Of a DNA stretch of 32,000 bases, positions 24,310-31,295 are shown in pieces. A model generated the notes under the pieces. That model saw nothing but the letters and a program-made list of their open reading frames with translations. It ran no database searches and was not told the DNA's origin. A program made the position numbers and the translations under genes. How positions within the stretch are numbered: position 1 is the first letter of the stretch; each line of letters begins with the position of its first letter. The stretch is from Thermosulfurimonas dismutans. Its GTDB lineage: Bacteria > Desulfobacterota > Thermodesulfobacteria > Thermodesulfobacteriales > Thermodesulfobacteriaceae. The stretch spans positions 1-32,000 of the forward strand of contig NZ_LWLG01000008.1 of assembly GCF_001652585.1 (NCBI RefSeq), written 5' to 3'.

Positions 24310-25897
24310 TGAAAGGCGATGCGGTCTTTATGTAAGGGTTTCCACGGTGGGCCAGGCTGAGGAGGGAGAATCCTTAGACGAGCAGGAGCAGAAGTTAAAG
24401 GCCTTTTGTGAGTTCAAAGGCTGGAAGAATTACAAGGTTTATCGGGAAGAGGGGCGCTCGGCTAAAGATACCAACCGGCCCGCTCTTCAAAGACTCCTTT
24501 CGGATATCGAAAAGGGCTTAATCAATACGGTCATTGTCAAGAAAATAGATCGTCTCTCCCGTTCCATCTTGGATTTTGAACAAATGTTCAAATTTTTTGA
24601 AGAAAAGGGCGTAGACCTGATTTCGCTAAACGAAAACTTTGATACCTCCACCGCTATAGGACGGAGTGTGATCAGGATAATTCTGGTGTTTGCTCAGCTT
24701 GAGCGAGAACAAACGGCGGAAAGAACGATAGATATTATGAAATATCGGGCCCAAAAAGGGTTATGGAACGGTGGTTATCCGCCTCTGGGCTACGATGTGA
24801 AAGACGGCGTTCTCGTACCAAATAGTGAGGAAGCAGAGGTGGTGAGGGAAATCTTTGAGACTTACCTAAACACCGGTTCTTTGAGTGAAACGGCCAAAAT
24901 TCTCAACAGCAAGGGGTATCGCACCAAAAAATGGGTTACCCGTCAAGGAAAAGTAATGGGTGGAGCCAGGTTCAATAAAAACAACCTCAGCCGACTCCTC
25001 AGAGATCCCGTGTATATCGGGAAGATAAAATATGGCGGCGAAATTTATGAGGGGAGGCATCCGGGAATTGTTGACGAAGAGGTCTTTTATTACGTGCAGG
25101 AAATGCTTGACCAGAATCGTGCATCGAACACCGGTTTCAGGGCCGGTACCGAAAAATTCCTCTTAAAGGGGCTGGTTTACTGTGGACATTGTGGGTGTGC
25201 CATGGCCCCCTCTTTTGCTTACTCAAAGGGCCGAAAATATTACTACTATCGGTGCCTGGTGAATAACGACCCCAGCAAAGGTAAATGCCCTATAGGGGCC
25301 GTAAATGCCAAAGCACTTGAAGATCTGATCGTAAAAGAACTTCAATTCCTTGCTGAAAGCCCGGAGTTTGTGGACGAGGTGGTGGAGGAGGCTATTCGGG
25401 AGGAAAGGGAGGAGGGGGAGCGTTTAAAAAAGAAAAAACAGGCTTTGGCAAAAAGACTACAGGAAGTAGAAGGTAGCGCTCGCAAAATGATGAACCTTCT
25501 TGAGGGGTTGGAAGAAACGGACCCCCGTTTCGCTTTTATACTCCAGAAACTAAAGGAACTTGGAGAAGAACGAGACGGATTGAAAAAGGAAATCGAGCTT
25601 CTGGAATTCAAAATTAACGAGGTAGAGAACAACTATTTAAATGCCGAAAGTCTCAAAGCCAATTTCAGATACTTCAAAGAGGTTTTTGAACACCTCACGC
25701 CCGAGGAGAAATACGATCTCCTACACCTTCTAATAAAGCGCATCATCTATTACGGAAAAGAAGTCCGGGACGGCCAAGAAGCGACCAAAATCAAACTCGA
25801 ATTGTGGGATATCGGACCTATTTCCTCGGGGGAGAGTTTTGCTGAGCGTATCATTTGGCTCCCCGGGCAGGACTCGAACCTGCAACCTACGGGTTAA
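24290..25897 (+). CDS. Large serine recombinase B
   Basis: 535 aa. CGLYVRVSTVGQAEEGESLDEQ catalytic N-terminus, recombinase domain, Cys cluster (CGHCGC...YYYYRC...GKCP), coiled coil. The last ~14 codons (WLPGQDSNLQPTG) are antisense to a tRNA fragment. Confidence 0.9.
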   Translation: MKQIKDNERRCGLYVRVSTVGQAEEGESLDEQEQKLKAFCEFKGWKNYKVYREEGRSAKDTNRPALQRLLSDIEKGLINTVIVKKIDRLSRSILDFEQMFKFFEEKGVDLISLNENFDTSTAIGRSVIRIILVFAQLEREQTAERTIDIMKYRAQKGLWNGGYPPLGYDVKDGVLVPNSEEAEVVREIFETYLNTGSLSETAKILNSKGYRTKKWVTRQGKVMGGARFNKNNLSRLLRDPVYIGKIKYGGEIYEGRHPGIVDEEVFYYVQEMLDQNRASNTGFRAGTEKFLLKGLVYCGHCGCAMAPSFAYSKGRKYYYYRCLVNNDPSKGKCPIGAVNAKALEDLIVKELQFLAESPEFVDEVVEEAIREEREEGERLKKKKQALAKRLQEVEGSARKMMNLLEGLEETDPRFAFILQKLKELGEERDGLKKEIELLEFKINEVENNYLNAESLKANFRYFKEVFEHLTPEEKYDLLHLLIKRIIYYGKEVRDGQEATKIKLELWDIGPISSGESFAERIIWLPGQDSNLQPTG

Positions 25898-25900
25898 CAG
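25856..25900 (-). tRNA. Orphan 3' half of tRNA-Asn(GUU), a fragment and not a functional gene
   Basis: The minus strand reads CTGTTAA (anticodon loop, GTT), cccgt, aggtt, GCAGGTTCGAGTCCTGC (T arm), CCGGGGA, G, CCA. The expected 5' acceptor strand (tccccgg), the D arm and a matching 5' anticodon stem are absent upstream. Confidence 0.75.
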
Positions 25901-26092
25901 CCACTTTTCACCCCTCTATTTAGCATAATTTGCGTGAGAAAAACGAAGAAATCATGAGTCCGTGAGGTGCCCCGAAGGTGCCCCGCGGTGTCCCAAATAG
26001 ATGTAATGGGTATTCCAAATAAATTGACTTTTGGGGTACTGCGACGCGTATATTTCTTGGGTTAAATCTCGGCGGTAAAGGCAAGGGCCATC

Positions 26093-26318
26093 CTATAGTT
26101 CCTGGCTCAATAGCTCCAGGAATTCTCTGGGGCTCAAAATCCGTACGCCCTGAAATTCCGAATTTTTTCCTGAGGACCCCGGCCACCTCGGCAAGAATTA
26201 CCTCGCAAACGAATACTTCAATTTTTCCTTTCCTAGCAAGATCTCTCAGCTCGGCGCATACGCCACCAAAAAGGATGGCTGAAAGATACACATTGGTATC
26301 GAATACCGCTCTAATCAA
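26093..26318 (-). pseudogene. PIN-domain toxin with an internal deletion or frameshift
   Basis: The N-terminal ~55 aa are PIN-like (AVFDTNVYLSAILFGG...IEVFVCEVILAEVAGVLRKKFG). A different frame then reads ...ILSPREFLELLSQEL-stop, a typical PIN_3 C-terminus. The acidic middle of the domain is missing. The tracked 132-aa ORF (25920-26318) is read-through into junk. Confidence 0.6.
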
Positions 26319-26563
26319 AGCTCTTTACGATATTCGTGAACAAGCCTCTCTATATCCCCTTCACTCCTTAAACCCAGAGCCTCCGCCGTTTCAGCTCTCC
26401 AGGCACGAAGCTTTTCCCACCTTTCCTCTGAAGCCACATAAGCCTCAAGAGCCTCTTTCAAAATTTGACTTTTAGGAACTTTCCTGCGACGAGCCAGGTT
26501 TTCCGTTTTCTTATAGAGATCCAGTGGCAAAGAAAAATTTACAACTTTTGTGGTGCGGCCCAT
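26315..26563 (-). CDS. Ribbon-helix-helix (CopG-like) antitoxin
   Basis: I place the start at the internal Met (MGRTTKVVNFSLPLDLYKKTENLARRRKVPKSQILKEALEAYV...), which has a GGAG Shine-Dalgarno 7 nt upstream. That gives 82 aa. There is a 4-nt overlap with the PIN start (TTG). Confidence 0.75.
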   Translation of the reverse strand: MGRTTKVVNFSLPLDLYKKTENLARRRKVPKSQILKEALEAYVASEERWEKLRAWRAETAEALGLRSEGDIERLVHEYRKEL

Positions 26564-26573
26564 AGAAAAACTC

Positions 26574-26595
26574 CAGTAAAGAATTTTCTTTACTG
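26574..26595. promoter_or_regulatory. Perfect 10+2+10 palindrome abutting the antitoxin Shine-Dalgarno (candidate TA operator)
   Basis: cagtaaagaa tt ttctttactg. The arms are exact reverse complements, and the palindrome sits immediately upstream of the GGAG of the RHH gene. Confidence 0.5.
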
Positions 26596-26630
26596 AGATA
26601 ATGCCCCCTCCAGAAAGAGCAACAAAACGG

Positions 26631-26975
26631 CTATCCTTTCTTCCCAAATTTCTTTCCAGCTCCATTGGACCTTACAAAGATTATTAAAGAAAAATCAAAA
26701 TCCTCTGGCAAACCGTCTCTGTCATCTGTAAAACCAGCTCTATATAAAAGAGCTTTTTCTATAGCTTTTCTTTCTTCTAACTTCTTTATCTCCGAATAAG
26801 GTAAGATTAAAGCGAGTTCTAAGAAATTTACTTTGTTTTTGGGATAATCGAGAGAAAGCATTATTTCACGATAAAGGGCCTCATCCGGCGGAGCGATTTT
26901 GAGAAGGTTTTTCATTCTTTGTTTTTTAAGTTCGAACCATTTTTCACCGAGGTGGTTTAAGTTTATGTATGACAT
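26631..26975 (-). CDS. Hypothetical 114-aa protein (possibly a DUF2851-like fragment)
   Basis: It starts 5 nt after the TIR gene stop. EALYREIMLSLDYPKNKVNFLELALILPYSEI resembles a block I associate with DUF2851 proteins, which are much longer. This is a low-confidence assignment. Confidence 0.5.
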   Translation of the reverse strand: MSYINLNHLGEKWFELKKQRMKNLLKIAPPDEALYREIMLSLDYPKNKVNFLELALILPYSEIKKLEERKAIEKALLYRAGFTDDRDGLPEDFDFSLIIFVRSNGAGKKFGKKG

Positions 26976-26980
26976 TTTGT

Positions 26981-29900
26981 TTAATTACACTTTTCACAAA
27001 CTTCTTTTACGAAAAAGGTTTCAGATTTAATATATTTTTCACATATATCTTTAGCTATCTTTTTAACTCCATCATCTTCAGTTTCACAAAGATATTTGAT
27101 AAATGCTTTTATTTTATCTTTTGGATATTCAAAAACTGGAGCTTTTAGCAAAATTTCACCTATGTTTTTAGCTGCTTGAATTCTGTCTCCAATTTCTATA
27201 AGTTTCTCAAGATAATCTAAAAAGAAAGAGAAAATTACAGGATCCTTTATAAATGGGACAGAAAATTTTAACCAGTTTTTATAAGGCTCAGTTAATTCTG
27301 GTAAAAATACTATTAGCTCTACAATATTAGATAAAATTTCTTTTTCTTTTTCTGAAAGATATTCCTCTCCTTTATCCTTTAGTTTATTATAAACAAACTG
27401 CCAAAAATCTAAAATTTTCTTTTTAATTTGCCTGTTTCTTTCATTGTCTTCTTTCAAGTAATCTCTTTGCCTCCAGAAAAACCATATAATTTTATTAATA
27501 TCTTCTGAATCAAACTTTTCTATAAGTTTATAAAATAAACTTGATGGCTCTAAACTTTCTAAATCAATAAGATATGCTAAAGATAGATGCTCAATAAGCT
27601 TTTCTTTAGAAAAATTATTCTTAAAATTATAATTCAAACTTATTTCATAATGTTTTTTCATAAGATCATAAACTTCATTATTAATACGTCCAATAGCAAA
27701 ATATCCTTCCATAAAAGCTTCCCAAATTTCTTCTCCTTCTTTTAGAGACTTAACAATTTCTATAGTAAAATCTTTATCTATATGGAAATAAAAATTCAAA
27801 AGATACATTCCAAATAATGTGTATGCTTCAACAACTGATTTTTTCAAAAGCTCTTCATATTTTTTTATAAAATTCTTTATTATAGATTCTTTCTTATCAG
27901 ATGAAGACCGAATCACTGTAAGAATAAATTTTATATAAGTTTCAATTACCCGACCTAATGGAGTATTCAAAGAATAAAAAATGTGGTCAGATATTTCTTG
28001 AGCTGGTTTTTCAATTTGTAATTTTTCCAATATTAAATGAATAAGTTGTTCCACCTTTTCAAAAAGTTCTTCTGGAATAGGATAAGTTTTATTTTGAAAT
28101 CCTTCAGTTATAAAAGAACAAAAAGCACTAATAACCCATGTATGTTTGGCAGAGAGTGATGATTCAACTATATATTTATCCTGCCAAAATTCATTCCTGT
28201 TGATATATTTTTTAATAAAATCTAAAATTCTTTTGTAATCTATAAATTTGCTTTCTTTTAAGGCCTCTGTTAGTCCTTCAAGAAGTCTTGTGATATACAA
28301 ATATCCTACATTAAGAAATGGTTCTAAATTTTGAGTAAATTTTTGAGGTTCAGTTTTTACAGCTGTTCTTAAATTGTCAGCAAGTGCTTCTACTGTAGGT
28401 CCCTCCCAAAAATCAGTAGTTTTAAACTCTATAAGATACTCAGCAAGGGTTATATTATCCCTTTCCAAAATTTCTTCTACACCAAGGGGAGACTTCCCCC
28501 AGCCGGTTTTAACTTCTACTTTTCCTATTGCAGGATGTAATTCTGCGTCTATTCCTGTTATTTTCTTCATTTCATCATATAAAACTTTAAATTTTTCATC
28601 ATAAGACAAAGCTTTATAAATCATCTGTTTAAAAATAGCTTTCCATTTTTCTCTTTCCTTTTCATCTTTGTCTTCTAACATTTCAATATATTTATCAGCT
28701 GCTATTTCAATTTTTTCTTTTAAAAGTTCTCTTTTATTATTATCTAACGGACCAAGATTTCCCAGAACCTTTTTAAGTTCATCTCCCCAAAAAAGAAAAG
28801 CTCCTTCAAAAATTTTATCTCCTTTATCGCTTTCAATGATTCTCCAGAAAACATCTTTAAACTTGTCTATATTTTGACCAACTACAAACAAAGCTATTTT
28901 AGTAAAAATTGGATAAGATTCTTTAAAGAATGATTCTAAAATTTGTTTTACATTTTGAGGATCTTTTTTAGTTTTAATAAGCAAAATTTTGCTCAAAATA
29001 TAGATAAATAACTCTACAGGTCTTTCCAATAAATAATTTGCTCCTTCATAATCATATAAAGAATTAAGTGTTCCTTCATATTCAGTTGAAACTAATTCTT
29101 TTATTCTTTTAACGAAGATACTTACAACTTTTATGGAGCATTTTTCGGCTATAATATTTAAATGCTTTTCAAAAAATTCTTTAAATAAGTAAATATCAAC
29201 TTTAAGAAACTTTTTTCCATATTCTTCTTTTATTTCAGTAAGGTGCCAAATAATTTGCTCTGCTTTTTGAATATCATATAGATTATCTTTAAGGAATTTT
29301 GGAAAAAGTTTCTCCATAATTTCTATTGCTTGAAGTTCAGTGCTAAATCTGGAATCAAGCCATACAGGTATTAGATTAATAATTTCTTTTGTGATCTTTT
29401 CATTAGGCAAGTTTGATATTATTCTGACAAAAGAACTCCAGATATGGTAATTATCCAATTTTTGTGTCTGTTTATGATATTCTGTTACTTCTTTGACAAT
29501 TCCTAAAAGTGCATCAATATACATTTCATTACCGGGTTCTTTTGCTTCTTGAGAAACTCGCTCTAAGTAATCCAATACATTCCAGTATGGAATTCTGTAA
29601 AATCCTTCTTTGTCAGCAGGTTCAGGACCAGGAGCTTTTTCAGGAGAGAAGAAGCCTTCTAATTTAAGAACATCAAACCATTCAATATCAAAACATTCAA
29701 TAGAAGTTAGTTTAGAAAAAAAGTATCTTTCATAAACAGAAGATTCTTTTAGCAAACTTAAAGCAATTTGAACTTCTTGTCTTGTAGGTTGTTCTTTTTT
29801 TTCTTCTTTTTGTAAAATAATATCTAAATGTTTAATGTTATCTAGCACCCTTTCCTGAAATTTTAATAAACTTTTTGCTTTTTCATGATTCAAAATACGT

Positions 29901-30301
29901 TCTATTAATTTCTGATACTCCTCTTCATCAATAATGACTCTAGTTTTAAAAAGAGCTGCTTTTAATGGAACTAGTATAGGAGGAACTTCCTCTTCTGAAA
30001 TTTCTAACCAGACAGGTAAAATTTTGCTTTTGTTTTGCGTAAGTCTGGTAAAAGCAATATCTATTTCCCTTTGAACCCATTCTTGCTTGATTGAATATTT
30101 AGATAATACAATTATAAAAAAATCAGCTTTTTGAGAGGCTTCATCTATTTTTCTAACAATTGAATCTCCAACTTTAATTTCCCAATCATCAACAAAAATT
30201 TCTGCTATACTCTTTAAATCTTCTTTCATTTTTTTTGTAAGCTCCCAAACAAAATCATGATCTTTAGAAGTATGAGATACAAATATATAAATTTTAGACA
30301 T
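26981..30301 (-). CDS. TIR-domain protein with a ~970-aa C-terminal helical-repeat region
   Basis: 1106 aa. N-terminal TIR: IYIFVSHTSKDHDFV..., FFIIVLSKYSIKQEWVQREI (Glu79 at the catalytic-Glu position), ILPVWL. The rest is K/E/I/L-rich helical sequence without a Walker A motif. A GGAGGA Shine-Dalgarno lies 8 nt upstream. Confidence 0.85.
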   Translation of the reverse strand: MSKIYIFVSHTSKDHDFVWELTKKMKEDLKSIAEIFVDDWEIKVGDSIVRKIDEASQKADFFIIVLSKYSIKQEWVQREIDIAFTRLTQNKSKILPVWLEISEEEVPPILVPLKAALFKTRVIIDEEEYQKLIERILNHEKAKSLLKFQERVLDNIKHLDIILQKEEKKEQPTRQEVQIALSLLKESSVYERYFFSKLTSIECFDIEWFDVLKLEGFFSPEKAPGPEPADKEGFYRIPYWNVLDYLERVSQEAKEPGNEMYIDALLGIVKEVTEYHKQTQKLDNYHIWSSFVRIISNLPNEKITKEIINLIPVWLDSRFSTELQAIEIMEKLFPKFLKDNLYDIQKAEQIIWHLTEIKEEYGKKFLKVDIYLFKEFFEKHLNIIAEKCSIKVVSIFVKRIKELVSTEYEGTLNSLYDYEGANYLLERPVELFIYILSKILLIKTKKDPQNVKQILESFFKESYPIFTKIALFVVGQNIDKFKDVFWRIIESDKGDKIFEGAFLFWGDELKKVLGNLGPLDNNKRELLKEKIEIAADKYIEMLEDKDEKEREKWKAIFKQMIYKALSYDEKFKVLYDEMKKITGIDAELHPAIGKVEVKTGWGKSPLGVEEILERDNITLAEYLIEFKTTDFWEGPTVEALADNLRTAVKTEPQKFTQNLEPFLNVGYLYITRLLEGLTEALKESKFIDYKRILDFIKKYINRNEFWQDKYIVESSLSAKHTWVISAFCSFITEGFQNKTYPIPEELFEKVEQLIHLILEKLQIEKPAQEISDHIFYSLNTPLGRVIETYIKFILTVIRSSSDKKESIIKNFIKKYEELLKKSVVEAYTLFGMYLLNFYFHIDKDFTIEIVKSLKEGEEIWEAFMEGYFAIGRINNEVYDLMKKHYEISLNYNFKNNFSKEKLIEHLSLAYLIDLESLEPSSLFYKLIEKFDSEDINKIIWFFWRQRDYLKEDNERNRQIKKKILDFWQFVYNKLKDKGEEYLSEKEKEILSNIVELIVFLPELTEPYKNWLKFSVPFIKDPVIFSFFLDYLEKLIEIGDRIQAAKNIGEILLKAPVFEYPKDKIKAFIKYLCETEDDGVKKIAKDICEKYIKSETFFVKEVCEKCN

Positions 30302-30333
30302 TTCTTTTATCCTCCATGAGTCTTATTTTACAG

Positions 30334-31200
30334 CTAATTAAAAGCTTTATCATAAATTTCAGAAAGCAATTTAATTAAGCTTGTTTTATCTTCTACTATA
30401 TATGGAATAGTTTTAAAATCTAATTCCAAAACATATCTAAAATACCTTATATTATTTTTAATATTTTCCTTGTTTTTTTCAGAAATCCCTGGTATCCAAA
30501 AAACTTTTTTTCTTTTTGCATCTTCATTAAAAAATTGTGAATATATCTCCATTTCGGTTAAACTATACCCTATATATACAAAAATCATATAATTGTTGAA
30601 AATTTTTTCCCAACATTCTCGAACTTTCCTAGGTGGATTATGATAAAATTTCGCGTAATCTTCTTCCGCAAATACCCATGATTCCGGTTTATCTATTCTT
30701 CCATGAAGATAAATAATTTTGGAGTTAATAGAACAATTTTCAATGGGAATTATACTTATATGATCATCTGATAAATTGAGAGTATTTTGCAAACCTTTAT
30801 CAATGTTAGTCGTGATTATTAAAATCTCTTGGTTTAAAAATTTTCCTATAATTTTAAATACTTCTTTATCTAACATATATTCAACTTCTTCAAAAACTTT
30901 CTTCATTGTATCTATGTATAAGTATTTATGACATCCTTTAAAGCACTGCATTTTTTGAGGAAATTTAAGATAGGGATCATCTAATAATCTCAAGATATGT
31001 GGCTCCACAACTCCTCTCCATATAAAAATTTCTTTTAATTTCATTATAAGCTCTTCCCACAAAGGATAACCTGCAATTTTTGAAACGCCCGCTCCTAACC
31101 AAAAGCAACATAGTTCTTTATTGCTTTTCAAATTTTCAATTAAAGTCTCTAAATGTATTTCTTCTTCTATAGAATATATAAACATCTTTTTTACACACAC
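30334..31200 (-). CDS. SIR2_2-family (SIR2-like) protein, single-domain
   Basis: 288 aa from a GTG start. Blocks: FWLGAGVSKIAGYPLWEEL, LIITTNIDKGL, IIYLHGRIDKPESWVFAEEDY, VYIGYSLTEMEI. Confidence 0.8.
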   Translation of the reverse strand: MCVKKMFIYSIEEEIHLETLIENLKSNKELCCFWLGAGVSKIAGYPLWEELIMKLKEIFIWRGVVEPHILRLLDDPYLKFPQKMQCFKGCHKYLYIDTMKKVFEEVEYMLDKEVFKIIGKFLNQEILIITTNIDKGLQNTLNLSDDHISIIPIENCSINSKIIYLHGRIDKPESWVFAEEDYAKFYHNPPRKVRECWEKIFNNYMIFVYIGYSLTEMEIYSQFFNEDAKRKKVFWIPGISEKNKENIKNNIRYFRYVLELDFKTIPYIVEDKTSLIKLLSEIYDKAFN

Positions 31201-31295
31201 TTATTGCCTTTTTTAATCTATTTTTTACTAGTTCAGCTACAGCCCAATAGACTTCTTTCTTCTTCGGTTAAACCGAGGGCGTCAAAAATAATGTG

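Noticed and set aside
25856-25935. A complete tRNA-Asn gene
   Set aside because: The 5' acceptor strand (tccccgg), the D arm and a pairing 5' anticodon stem are absent. Only 3 of 5 anticodon-stem pairs are possible. It is therefore a fragment.
28486-28513. A Walker A-like GWGKS in the TIR protein, hinting at a STAND/NLR NTPase
   Set aside because: It does not fit GxxxxGK[ST], since no Gly is at the required position. There is no Walker B context, and it lies within helical-repeat sequence.
31231-31290. Hairpin cttcgg-ttaaa-ccgagg between the OLD and SIR2 genes as a terminator
   Set aside because: The stem is short with a G-U pair, and no T-run follows on the minus strand.
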